Shown one piece after another: positions 18,801 through 26,544 of a stretch of 53,632 bases of DNA. Location of the stretch: the NCBI GenBank assembly GCA_001777015.1, contig MFCV01000039.1:1-53632 (forward strand). The letters are read 5' to 3'. Below the pieces are notes generated by a model that ran no database searches, was not told the origin of the DNA, and was given only the letters and a program-made list of their open reading frames with translations. The DNA is from Candidatus Daviesbacteria bacterium RIFCSPHIGHO2_02_FULL_36_13. GTDB lineage: Bacteria > Patescibacteriota > Microgenomatia > Daviesbacterales > UBA10151. Position numbers and translations under genes: made by a program. Position 1 is the first letter of the stretch; each line of letters starts with the position of its first letter.

Positions 18801-19113
18801 TACAGTTGGTAATCTTTCAGGAGGACAAACATATTACTTTAGGATAAGAGCTGGAAATGGTTGTGCCCCAGGCAGTTATTCAGGTGAAATTTCAGCTACT
18901 CCTGGTGGAGGAACAGTGTCTGGCACAGCACCAGGATTTGCTGAAGGAGTATTAGGTGCTAAAGCACAAGCAACAAATGATGGAGTTATACAGGAAGTTT
19001 CAGGGGAACAAACAATCACTATACCTGGTGTTTCTTCTGAGGTACAACAAACTCCTAAGCTTGGATTTTTTGGAGCGATCTGGAAATTTATCCTCTCCCT
19101 TTTTGGTAGATGA
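12898..19113 (+). CDS. Giant secreted surface protein with Ig-like repeats, a cadherin-like domain and a C-terminal FN3 domain
   Basis: Signal peptide ending VHA-A, repeated D(T/K)TAP...DAAGN Ig units, LLENDTD cadherin-like motif, FN3 (LTW...VGNLSGGQTYYFRIRA). Likely start is GTG 12898 rather than TTG 12862. Confidence 0.85.
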   Translation: MRVFRKFISSLLITTLLFFQGLIYPIIPFVTPVHAAIIGTFSANETVANATTGAAIQTFTNASITPNDPAGANTQTNVTAETQANVSEVKATRILTVGVLPANADTITIGSCAVTFTTTASSTADDTDCAGGAIIDTNLDAGDTNRTIDEIAATLRSLSNVADAAHGNLTVGGSGTTASFTTTNTENSASDITFTDGTGGDITATTTTTGVIPVAQVSTVTPANIEVGDVFTATINGLAVNFTATAGTVVNVTDGLTTAINASAQASNVTAVDNTTEVQITSDSAGTSFTITSGTTNYAGVKQVDDLTPSNIEVGDIFTVTDVSTDPVNVTATSTSAMTLVNSLVTAVNGATGVTVASNSANKLRLTANVAGTGFTVIPSTTNRVAVAQVVTFTPANVTAGETFRAIINGTNYDYLADSGNTVDTVVSALALLMDANAAADCTEDNNTKVTCTASAAGTAFTDDVPNAATVFDITAPAAPSIPNLDDASDSGTSNSDNITSDTTPTFSGTAESSSTVKLYDSDGTTEIGSGTATGGDYSITTSALSDGVHSITAKTTDTENNTSAASSALDVTINTSAPSAVVTYSINSAVKDTDTLVITATFSEDIVNTPKIAITGSDTLAATDMTFSSATVFTYSHNVGTGNGTATVALSVGEDAAGNVVTSAPTTGATFTVDNSVPTISSITTKDTSGDGRVETATIVFNEAVDDSTFSADDFTIAGAAVTSFNFGTADDDSFDVIVNGGVAGTEAKQVTYTQGTGADLADNLLANVANGDESETDGASPVLLSARTFSTTQIDLTFSEDLDGASLAMSDFTVSGYTLTGGVSEPSAGVARLTVSSAFATNATPAVSVVGTVPDLASNNAITVSNVIPTDGVAPVLSPVSIASDNTISALFGKIGATVILTFTASETINAPTVTITGSSVTPTNPSGNNWIAAYELTIANSEEVVPFNISFSDTSANSGTPVTATTNSSSVTFDKTVPTIPGMPSTTTPTNSSPQNWSWTASSDVLSGFYLYNWRAVQGVTEVTGTSNINSALSSLVEGIWNFFVKAIDNAGNESAESSVGTVTVDQTQPDTFLTAYSPDPSKDNTPTYTGTATDEATNITGVEYRVDGGSWTAASATDGLFDSTSENFTFTISTLSDDTHIIEIRATDEAVNVETSFASDTLLVDTTVPDAPTITLLDPIYIGNQEAVTITGTGEADATFTYTITDTDLNVVSGNGVVGGDESITINAIDVSTLVDGELTASVTLTDAAGNSGSAGTAIATKDTVAPDLPGVPTVGGDNLVNYDEWNDGSIIVEGTADAGSLVTVNIEDDCGSSTSGSEQLLGGATDYSITTSADLCDGPYYVSVTATDAAGNISSTQDGASVTQDTEAPTLSPVSIASSNSNSSFARVGHTVTVSFTSDETIQDPIVTIAEQSATLNLQIGTEWSVYYTMTANETAGNVPFTIDFSDLAGNPGEQVSAADNSPVIFDKTAPEITEVTLKYAGTSNDALVVQNEDVLTLTATVTDDANQVEMMPEDISADFTGLGGTIGVNNPTSYIDGVATWDDIEVSGTIDEDITVTVDANDPASNPANQGSIITDANNSTPVGVTDSVTVVEDTDLDIPTSDLLENDTDAGEDSLTITAVFNAVHGTVSLSGSTITFTPEAGYIDNEASFTYTVSDGFLSATGTVNVTVNPPVAEDEVLLEPETEVDSSHPNIVVGETDEDSTITIPAGVNNATIDLSNLIETSGGNDEVTLDNSITLESDTSVGEVSIEIPAGITISGPSSTWDGVVNAPQIQANSSVAIGSLSGSTSTQILSVIEVGFGDILLTFDKAVKIVIEGGNQVPVGYSRAGIFTEITNTCIDNSQAGNDANLAAGAECKIYVGGDAVIWTKHFTKFVTFSKTDGASVPQPGAPTYNSTPPVCNDSKPGGAPSFVSAQAGTNSVTLTWTGAPDPVTYYLITYGTTTGAQTYGNPNVGGKGSTSYTVGNLSGGQTYYFRIRAGNGCAPGSYSGEISATPGGGTVSGTAPGFAEGVLGAKAQATNDGVIQEVSGEQTITIPGVSSEVQQTPKLGFFGAIWKFILSLFGR

Positions 19114-19126
19114 ATTTTATTTCTTC

Positions 19127-19180
19127 TTGACCCATTCGATTGCACTCAGGGTCAATAGTGAGTTAAATCGAACTATTGAC
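19127..19180. repeat. Intergenic REP-like doublet
   Basis: TTGACCC-ATTCGATTGCACTCA-GGGTCAA overlaps GTCAATAG-TGAGTTAAATCGAA-CTATTGAC. Same TTCGA..CTCAGG core as the dcd and purQ copies. Confidence 0.75.
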
Positions 19181-19217
19181 AGAAAAGGGTAGTTCCATAT
19201 AGCATATAGGCCTAAAG

Positions 19218-20549
19218 ATGGCATCACACGTTGCAGGAGCAAAAAAAGTTTTTGATTTAATAAGAGAAGAAGAAAAAAGACAGAAAGAAGTTTTGGAAAT
19301 GATCCCTTCTGAAAATTACGCGTCTGCGAATGTGATGAGGGCTACGGGATCTGTTTTGACTAATAAATATTCAGAAGGTTATCCTCACAAAAGATATTAT
19401 CAGGGTAACTCTGTTGCTGATAAGGTAGAAGATTATGCTCAGGAGTTAGTTAAAAAATTATTTGATGTTCCTCATGTTAATGTCCAACCTTATTCTGGTT
19501 CTCCTGCAAATGCAGCTGTCTATTTAGCCTTAATGGAACCTTTTAAGGATAAGGTAATGGGGTTAACTTTATCTTTTGGAGGACATCTAACTCATGGTTC
19601 ACCAGTCTCTTTTTCTGGAAAATATTTTCCAGTTGTTTCCTATCCTGTAGGAGAAGATGGATATTTAGATTATGACGCTATTGAAAAAATGGCTGTTAAA
19701 GAAAAACCAAAATTAATTATTTGTGGATTTACAGCTTATTCCAGAATTATAGATTTCAAAAGATTTGGGGAAATTGCTGATAAAGCAGGAGCATATCTTT
19801 TAGCAGATATCTCACACATCACAGGCCTTGTGGTAGCAGGTGTTCATCCATCGCCAGTTCCTTATGTACATATTATTATGACAACAACTCACAAAACTTT
19901 AAGAGGACCAAGAGGAGCAATGTTAATGGTGACTGAAAAAGGTATCAAAAAAGACCCTGAGTTAGCTGAAAAAATAGATAAAGCTGTTTTTCCAGGTCTT
20001 CAGGGTGGACCGCATGATAATACAACTGCAGCAATAGCTGTGGCTTTAGAGGAGGCTTCAACTCCAGCATTTAAAAAATATGGGGCTCAAATTGTTAAAA
20101 ATTCAAAAGCACTTGCAAAACAATTAATAAAAAATGGTTTTGATTTAGTATCAGGAGGAACTGATAATCATCTAATATTAATTGATCTTCAAAATAAAAA
20201 TGTAAATGGGGCAGCAGCTGCATTGGCTTTAGAAGTAGCAGGAATAGTTACAAATAAAAATGCAGTGCCCAAAGATCCAATGCCACCTTTTTATCCTTCA
20301 GGTATTCGTCTTGGTACACCAGCTCTTACCACCAGGGGAATGAAAGAAAAAGATATGGTTAAAGTTGCAAATTGGATAAAGGAAGTAGTTTTGGAAGTAA
20401 GTGGGCAACAAATGCCAAGGGACAAAGAACAAAGGTCAGAGTTTTGGAAAAAGTTTAGAAAAGAAGTTGTTAAAAATAAAAAACTGCTTGCTATCGCAAA
20501 GGAAATTAAAGTCTTTGCTGGAAAATTCCCCGTGCCTGGTATACAATAA
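19218..20549 (+). CDS. glyA: Serine hydroxymethyltransferase
   Basis: SENY, NKYSEGYP, GGHLTHG, TTTHKTLRGPRG, GIRLGTP. Confidence 0.98.
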   Translation: MASHVAGAKKVFDLIREEEKRQKEVLEMIPSENYASANVMRATGSVLTNKYSEGYPHKRYYQGNSVADKVEDYAQELVKKLFDVPHVNVQPYSGSPANAAVYLALMEPFKDKVMGLTLSFGGHLTHGSPVSFSGKYFPVVSYPVGEDGYLDYDAIEKMAVKEKPKLIICGFTAYSRIIDFKRFGEIADKAGAYLLADISHITGLVVAGVHPSPVPYVHIIMTTTHKTLRGPRGAMLMVTEKGIKKDPELAEKIDKAVFPGLQGGPHDNTTAAIAVALEEASTPAFKKYGAQIVKNSKALAKQLIKNGFDLVSGGTDNHLILIDLQNKNVNGAAAALALEVAGIVTNKNAVPKDPMPPFYPSGIRLGTPALTTRGMKEKDMVKVANWIKEVVLEVSGQQMPRDKEQRSEFWKKFRKEVVKNKKLLAIAKEIKVFAGKFPVPGIQ

Positions 20550-20552
20550 GTT

Positions 20553-21395
20553 ATGGCCAAAGTTTCTGGTAAAGAAGTTGCAGAAGCAATTCTTTCTAAA
20601 TTAGAAAAAGAAATCAAAGAAAAAAACTTAAAACCTGGTTTAGCCATTATCCTTGCTGGTAATGATCCTTCTTCCAGGATTTATGTTAGAAATAAAATTA
20701 AGGCTGCTGATAGGGTTGGTGTTAAAGCTAACCTTTATGAATTTAAAGAAGAGGAATTAGATAAGTGCATAGAGCTTCTAAAGGGGTTAAATAAGGATTC
20801 AAATGTCCATGGTGTTATCATTCAGCATCCAGTTTATACCTCCTGGAATTATGATGAATTATTAAGCCACCTTGATCCTCAAAAAGATGTAGATGGATTC
20901 TTGGAGAACTCTCCTTATAGTGGAGCTACAGCTATAGCTGTCTGGGAGATGCTGACAGCCTTTTCTTTTCTTGAAGGATTTAAAACAACAGAAAGTTTTC
21001 TGAAGGAGAAAAAAATTGCAGTTTTAGGAAGAGGAAGAGCAGCTGGCGGTCCCATAATTAAACTTCTAGAGGAAAAAGGATTTTATCCGGAGGTTATTGT
21101 GAGAGATACAGAAAATCCTGCTTTAAAAATTAAAAAGGCAGACATTGTAATTGGAGCAACAGGTGCTAAAAATATTCTTAATAAATCAAACATAAAAAAA
21201 GGGGCATATGTGGTAGGGGTTGGGTTAGGTAAGGAAATTATTGAAGGAAAGGAAAGGATATATGGGGATATTAATGAGGAGGAAGTTTCAAAAATAGCTA
21301 AATTTTATAATCCTAACCTTGGAGGCATAGGGCCTTTAACAATTGTTTCATTGCTTGAAAATGTGTTAAAATCAGCACAGAAAGCGAGTGAATAA
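20553..21395 (+). CDS. folD: Methylene-THF dehydrogenase/cyclohydrolase
   Basis: YVRNK, GVIIQHP, KDVDG, GGIGPLT. Confidence 0.9.
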   Translation: MAKVSGKEVAEAILSKLEKEIKEKNLKPGLAIILAGNDPSSRIYVRNKIKAADRVGVKANLYEFKEEELDKCIELLKGLNKDSNVHGVIIQHPVYTSWNYDELLSHLDPQKDVDGFLENSPYSGATAIAVWEMLTAFSFLEGFKTTESFLKEKKIAVLGRGRAAGGPIIKLLEEKGFYPEVIVRDTENPALKIKKADIVIGATGAKNILNKSNIKKGAYVVGVGLGKEIIEGKERIYGDINEEEVSKIAKFYNPNLGGIGPLTIVSLLENVLKSAQKASE

Positions 21396-21397
21396 AT

Positions 21398-21670
21398 ATG
21401 GGTTTCATGGACAATTTAAAACAGCTTGGTGATCTTAAAAAAATGAGAGATCAGGCAATGGAAGTTCAAAAAAAGCTGGGTGGAATTAAAATTACTGTTG
21501 AACACAGAGGAGTGACTGTTGTTATGACTGGAGATCAAAAAGTTGTTTCAATTTCAGGTGAAATGGAGCCTGAAAAAGTAACAGAGGCAGTTAATGAAGC
21601 CTTAAAACAATCTCAAAAAGTAGCTGCAGATGAAATGAAATCCCTCATGGGCGGTATGCCCGGTATGTAG
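21398..21670 (+). CDS. ybaB: YbaB/EbfC nucleoid-associated protein
   Basis: Size, GVTVVMTGDQ motif, GGMPGM tail, position upstream of recR. Confidence 0.85.
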   Translation: MGFMDNLKQLGDLKKMRDQAMEVQKKLGGIKITVEHRGVTVVMTGDQKVVSISGEMEPEKVTEAVNEALKQSQKVAADEMKSLMGGMPGM

Positions 21671-21693
21671 TTTATGCTACAATTGGCCTCATT

Positions 21694-22290
21694 ATGGCAC
21701 AGGTTCCAAAGAGCGTTCAGAGTTTAATTGAGGCATTTGAAAGACTTCCAGGTATTGGTCCAAAAACTGCACAAAGACTGACCTTTTATTTACTGCATGC
21801 TCCAAAAGAAGAAGCCCAGGCTCTTGCGAAAGCTGCCTCAGAGATGAAAGATAAAACAGTTCTTTGTTCAATTTGTTTTAATATTGGAGAAGAGGACCCC
21901 TGCAGTATTTGTGCAGATCAAAATAGAGACAAAGAACTATTGGCAATTGTAGAAGATCCTTTGGATTTATTGGCTTTGGAAAAATCCGGCTTTAAAGGAC
22001 TTTATCATGTTTTACACGGAGTAATCTCCCCCTTAGAAAATATTGGCCCAGATGAAATTCATATAAGAGAGCTTTTGCCTAGACTTAAGGATGGAAGTAT
22101 AAAAGAGATAATTTTAGCTACAAATCCAACAATGGAAGGTGAGGCAACAGCTATGTATATTCAAAGACTAATTTCACCCCTGGGTGTTAAGATAACCAGG
22201 ATTGCCAGAGGCTTACCTGTTGGATCAGATTTAGAGTATGCAGATGAGACAACTTTATCCAGGGCTCTGGAAGGAAGAAAAGAATACTAG
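21694..22290 (+). CDS. recR: Recombination protein RecR
   Basis: LPGIGPKTAQR, C4 zinc finger, ATNPTMEGEATA, GLPVGSDLEY. Confidence 0.98.
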   Translation: MAQVPKSVQSLIEAFERLPGIGPKTAQRLTFYLLHAPKEEAQALAKAASEMKDKTVLCSICFNIGEEDPCSICADQNRDKELLAIVEDPLDLLALEKSGFKGLYHVLHGVISPLENIGPDEIHIRELLPRLKDGSIKEIILATNPTMEGEATAMYIQRLISPLGVKITRIARGLPVGSDLEYADETTLSRALEGRKEY

Positions 22291-22303
22291 TAGAATAATA
22301 CTG

Positions 22304-22735
22304 ATGGCAAATAATGTAATTGGGCAATTTAAAGATGAAATTGAGGAGGCAGTTGGTGAGGTTGCCTCTGATGTTAAAGATTCTGTGGGCGAGGCAATTG
22401 AACAGGGTGCTCAATCTACTGTAGGTACACCTCTTACTCCTCAACAGCTTCAACAGCAGCAGCAAGATAATCAGCAAAAAGAAATAGACAGACAAAAGGA
22501 AATTGCCCGTACCAGAAATTTTCTCCAAAATATTGATGAGGCTCAAAAAAGAGTCAGGATGGAGAATAAACAAAAAGAGGATCAAAGGCTTCAAGCTCAG
22601 CAGCAGGAAGAACAAGATAAAAAGATTGAAAAAGTTCAACTCCAACAAGCATCAAAAACTCCTGGAAAGGCATTAAGAGCAGATATAGCAGAATCTATGC
22701 CAGAACTTCGATCAGGAAGAGGCAAGGGAGGATGA
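22304..22735 (+). CDS. Hypothetical Gln-rich coiled-coil protein
   Basis: ORF fills the recR-cysS gap. ATG 22304 lies 7 nt after TAGAAT, and the stop overlaps the cysS start. Confidence 0.7.
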   Translation: MANNVIGQFKDEIEEAVGEVASDVKDSVGEAIEQGAQSTVGTPLTPQQLQQQQQDNQQKEIDRQKEIARTRNFLQNIDEAQKRVRMENKQKEDQRLQAQQQEEQDKKIEKVQLQQASKTPGKALRADIAESMPELRSGRGKGG

Positions 22736-24093
22736 AACTTTACAATTTTCTGCATAGAAAAGTTGAGGAATTTATACCCTTAAAATCTCCTGTTGGAATG
22801 TATAGTTGTGGTCCAACTACTTATGATTTTGTTCATATTGGTAACCTTCGAACTTTTATTTTTGAAGATGTTTTACAAAGAGTTTTAGAGGCTAATGGGT
22901 TGGAGGTAAAAAGGGTTATGAATATAACGGATATTGATGACAAGATTATAAAAGGGGCTAAGGATGCAGGTTTACCAATAGAGGAGTTTTCCAAGCCTTA
23001 TGAGAAAGTTTTTATGGAGGATTTAAGTAAGCTAAATATCAAATATGCCAATGTCTATCCTAAAGCTACAGAACATATAGGCCATATGATTAAATACATT
23101 GAGGAGTTAATCAAGAAAGGGTTAGCTTATGCGCGGGAAGGTTCAGTTTATTTTGATATTTCTGAGTCTCCTGGTTATGGAAAGCTAACAGGTTTAGAAA
23201 ATATCAGTCTTAAAGAGGGAACAAGAATTTCATCTGATGAATATACCAAAGATGATGTTCAAGATTTTGCTCTTTGGAAATCAGTTGAGTCAACTGAGGT
23301 TGGTTATGATTCTCCTTGGGGCAGAGGAAGACCAGGCTGGCATATAGAATGTTCTGTAATGAGCCAGGAATATTTGGGTAATACTTTTGATATACATGCA
23401 GGAGGAGTTGATTTAATTTTTCCTCATCATGAAAATGAAATAGCTCAAGCAGAGGGAAAAACTGGAGAAAAGTTTGTAAACTTCTTTGTGGAGGGGGAAC
23501 ATTTATTAGTAGATGGGGCTAAGATGGCCAAGTCGAAAGGTAATTTTTACAAGCTAAAGGATTTAGAGGAAAAGGGTATAGAGCCCGTGGTCTTTAGATA
23601 CCTTACCTTAACAGCTCATTACAGGGATAAGCTGAATTTTAGCTGGGAATCCTTGCAGGGAGCTCATAATGCTCTAAACAATTTAAGGGAGAAAATTAGA
23701 GGTTGGAATGAAGAGATTGGGTTGTCAGAACAGTCTAATCTAGGGGATAACCTATTCTGGCAGAGGTTCTTTGAGAGCGTTAATAATGACCTAAATCTAC
23801 CACAAGCTGTTGCGGTGCTCTGGGAGATGGTAAATTCAGACACCACAACCCCTGGTAGATCAAAAGTTTTACTAGAGATGGATAAAATTCTAGGTCTTAA
23901 CCTGGATCAGTACCTAGGAAAGACAATTGAAATACCAGAAGGAGTTCAAAAGCTTATAGGTAGACGTGAAGAAGCCAGAAAAACTGGAAACTTTAAGGAA
24001 TCCGATAAATTAAGGCATGAAATTAAAAAGTTAGGATTTGAAATTTTGGATACTGAATCTGGCCCAAAAATTAAAAAGACTAATGCTTCTTAG
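22732..24093 (+). CDS. cysS: Cysteine--tRNA ligase
   Basis: CGPT, HIGN, GRPGWHIECS, FPHHENE, KMAKS. Confidence 0.98.
   Translation: MKLYNFLHRKVEEFIPLKSPVGMYSCGPTTYDFVHIGNLRTFIFEDVLQRVLEANGLEVKRVMNITDIDDKIIKGAKDAGLPIEEFSKPYEKVFMEDLSKLNIKYANVYPKATEHIGHMIKYIEELIKKGLAYAREGSVYFDISESPGYGKLTGLENISLKEGTRISSDEYTKDDVQDFALWKSVESTEVGYDSPWGRGRPGWHIECSVMSQEYLGNTFDIHAGGVDLIFPHHENEIAQAEGKTGEKFVNFFVEGEHLLVDGAKMAKSKGNFYKLKDLEEKGIEPVVFRYLTLTAHYRDKLNFSWESLQGAHNALNNLREKIRGWNEEIGLSEQSNLGDNLFWQRFFESVNNDLNLPQAVAVLWEMVNSDTTTPGRSKVLLEMDKILGLNLDQYLGKTIEIPEGVQKLIGRREEARKTGNFKESDKLRHEIKKLGFEILDTESGPKIKKTNAS
23714..23741. repeat. Hairpin in frame in the cysS linker
   Basis: AGATTGGGTTGT-CAGA-ACAGTCTAATCT: a 12-bp stem in which all three deviations are G:T pairs. 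Confidence 0.55.
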
Positions 24094-24235
24094 AAATTTT
24101 GTGAGTGAAGGATTTCTGTTCATCGGACCTATCTACTCTACCAAAAAGAGCAAGATATCCACTTATTACTACGAGAAGAATTAGAGGAAAAAAATAAGCT
24201 ATATAATCTATAATACCTTTTAGAATATAATCCAT
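24080..24235 (-). CDS. Small single-TM protein (51 aa, absent from the ORF track)
   Basis: MDYILKGIIDYIAYFFPLILLVVISGYLALFGRVDRSDEQKSFTHKISKKH. TAATG overlap with the upstream ORF. Confidence 0.6.
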   Translation of the reverse strand: MDYILKGIIDYIAYFFPLILLVVISGYLALFGRVDRSDEQKSFTHKISKKH

Positions 24236-24456
24236 TACTTACCTTTCTCTGCAATTATAACAGCGTTTACCAGTATAAACAATCCAGCAGCCAGAAAACC
24301 AAAACCTGAAATTTTGGAATAATTACCTGTTAAACTAATTGCTTCAGGTACAAATATAGCTGCCAACCCAAATAATATAATAGCTTGTGAAATATTGGAA
24401 AAAGCAGACGAAAGAAGTTTCCATTGTTTTGGAGTTAATTTGGGACCTTTGAGCAT
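24235..24456 (-). CDS. Small two-TM membrane protein
   Basis: 73 aa with two hydrophobic segments, occupying the intergenic gap. Confidence 0.65.
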   Translation of the reverse strand: MLKGPKLTPKQWKLLSSAFSNISQAIILFGLAAIFVPEAISLTGNYSKISGFGFLAAGLFILVNAVIIAEKGK

Positions 24457-24584
24457 ACATTGGATATATCATATTTAGATTTAAATTCTTGATAAAATTG
24501 AGGCAGAACTCCTAGAGGAAAGCAAACAGATCCTTTCTTTTGATTTTAAAAGGAGAAAAATTGTGCTAAACTAACAAATTAGGC

Positions 24585-25241
24585 ATGGAAATTGTAACAA
24601 TTGATGGTCCGACATCTTCAGGAAAGAATTCAGTAGGATTTTTACTCTCCCAAAAATTAGGCTATCAATATATTGATACAGGAATGATTTATAGAGTCGG
24701 GACGTATTTAGTTTTAACAAGCAACACTGCTTTGAATGATGTAGCTGCCATTGTGAATATCTTCAAAAGTTTAAATTTAAGATTCCAAACAGATGAGTCA
24801 GAGCTAAGGATTTTTAATGAAGATGTGGATTTAACAGGTTTCCTGCACAATCAGGACGTTACTCAAAATGTGCCTATTGTGGCAGCAATAAAAGAGGTTA
24901 GAGAAATAACCAAAGTAGTTCAAAGAAGATTAGGTGAATCACAAAATACTGTTATGACCGGCAGAGATATTGGCTCTGAAATTTTTCCTGAAGCTAAATA
25001 TAAATTCTTTTTAACAGCCAAAGTTGAAATAAGAGCAAAAAGAAGATTTGATCAACTGATTAAAATTAATCCCACCACCTCTTATGAAACAGTTTTAGAT
25101 GACATGATAAAAAGAGATAAGGTTGATACTGAAAGAGAAGTTTCTCCTTTAAGAATTCCAGAAGGGGCAATTGTAATTGACAATTCAAACCTTAATGTTG
25201 AACAATCAGTTGAAGAGGCGTTAAAACATATTAATGCATAA
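24585..25241 (+). CDS. cmk: Cytidylate kinase
   Basis: IDGPTSSGK, YIDTGMIYR, GRDIG, RDKVD..REVSPL. Confidence 0.95.
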   Translation: MEIVTIDGPTSSGKNSVGFLLSQKLGYQYIDTGMIYRVGTYLVLTSNTALNDVAAIVNIFKSLNLRFQTDESELRIFNEDVDLTGFLHNQDVTQNVPIVAAIKEVREITKVVQRRLGESQNTVMTGRDIGSEIFPEAKYKFFLTAKVEIRAKRRFDQLIKINPTTSYETVLDDMIKRDKVDTEREVSPLRIPEGAIVIDNSNLNVEQSVEEALKHINA

Positions 25242-26496
25242 TTTAACAACTTTAAAAAACGGATTAACTTTAATTACTGTTAATCTTCCGCATTTAGATT
25301 CTGTGACCACTTTAGTTGCGGTAGGGGCAGGATCAAGATATGAGACCAAATCTACTAATGGCATATCTCATTTTTTGGAACATATGTTTTTTAAAGGATC
25401 AAGAAAATATCCAACTGCAGAAATAATATCCAATTTAGTTGATGGCATAGGAGCTGTAAATAATGCTTTTACTTATAAAGAATACACAGCTTATTGGATT
25501 AAATCTTCATCAAAACATATAGAACTAGCTTCAGATTTATTATCATCAATGATTAAGGATTCTCTTTTGTCAGAGGAAGAAATAGAAAGAGAAAAGGGAG
25601 TTATTATTGAAGAACTTAGGATGTATCGAGATAATCCCCAAAGATATGTTTGGGAATTATACGAGCAGCTGCAGTTTGGGGATCAGCCTTTAGGTTGGGA
25701 TATAGGTGGGGATGAGAAAACTATAACGTCATTTCATAGGGATGATTTTGTGAAATATATAGACTCACTTTATAGCCCGGAAAATATGGTTTTAGTGTAC
25801 GCCGGAAAACTTCCAGCCAATGTTGAAAAAATTGCAGAAAAATTATTTTTGGATTTGCCAAAACGGTCTCAGTATAAATTTAAGCCATACAAAAAAAACA
25901 AACAGGATAAAGCCCGGGTGAACGTTTTTTATAAAAAAACAGATCAAGCCAATTTAATATTGGGAGTTGAGGGTTTTGACCGCCTTGATAATAAAAGATA
26001 TGCAGCCAAGGTTTTATCAACAATTTTAGGTGAGGGGATGTCCTCAAGATTATTTTTACAGGTTAGAGAAAGAAGAGGTTTAGCTTATCATGTTAGCGCA
26101 GATCACTATACATATATGGATACAGGAGCTTTTGCCATTTATACCGGAATTAAATTGGAAAAAATTGAGGAAGGTTTGGAAATTATTCTTTCAGAAATTG
26201 AAAAAATTAAGGTAGAAAAGGTCGGAGACGAAGAATTGAAAAAAGCAAAAGAGATGACAAGAGGAAGGTTGGCTATAAGAAAAGAGTCGACTAATTTTTT
26301 AGCTGAGTATTTTGGAACAGAATTTGTTGTTGAAAGAAAAATTGAGGAATTTGAAGACTTCCTGGAAAGAATCGAACAGGTAACGGCTGATGAGGTTAGG
26401 GATGTGGCTAGAGAACTTTTTAAAAAAGAGAAATTCAATCTTCAAATAATTGGACCTTTTAAGGATTCGAGCAAATTTATTAAAATTCTTAAATAA
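25234..26496 (+). CDS. M16 family zinc peptidase
   Basis: HFLEH (HXXEH), NAFT, SSRLF.VRERRGLAY. Confidence 0.93.
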   Translation: MHNLTTLKNGLTLITVNLPHLDSVTTLVAVGAGSRYETKSTNGISHFLEHMFFKGSRKYPTAEIISNLVDGIGAVNNAFTYKEYTAYWIKSSSKHIELASDLLSSMIKDSLLSEEEIEREKGVIIEELRMYRDNPQRYVWELYEQLQFGDQPLGWDIGGDEKTITSFHRDDFVKYIDSLYSPENMVLVYAGKLPANVEKIAEKLFLDLPKRSQYKFKPYKKNKQDKARVNVFYKKTDQANLILGVEGFDRLDNKRYAAKVLSTILGEGMSSRLFLQVRERRGLAYHVSADHYTYMDTGAFAIYTGIKLEKIEEGLEIILSEIEKIKVEKVGDEELKKAKEMTRGRLAIRKESTNFLAEYFGTEFVVERKIEEFEDFLERIEQVTADEVRDVARELFKKEKFNLQIIGPFKDSSKFIKILK

Positions 26497-26544
26497 TAAG
26501 AACCTTATGAAAGAACCCTGCCTTTTTAAAAGGAGTTTAAAAAC

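Noticed and set aside
12961-19192. Many short antisense or alternative-frame ORFs within the giant protein
   Set aside because: Explained by Thr/Ala/Ser codon bias; no independent motifs.
21649-21667. GGGC-GGTAT-GCCC hairpin at the end of ybaB
   Set aside because: Explained by the GGMPGM tail normal for this family.
26497-26544. Short inverted repeats upstream of gdhA
   Set aside because: Weak AT-rich stems overlapping the SD; not distinguishable from background.
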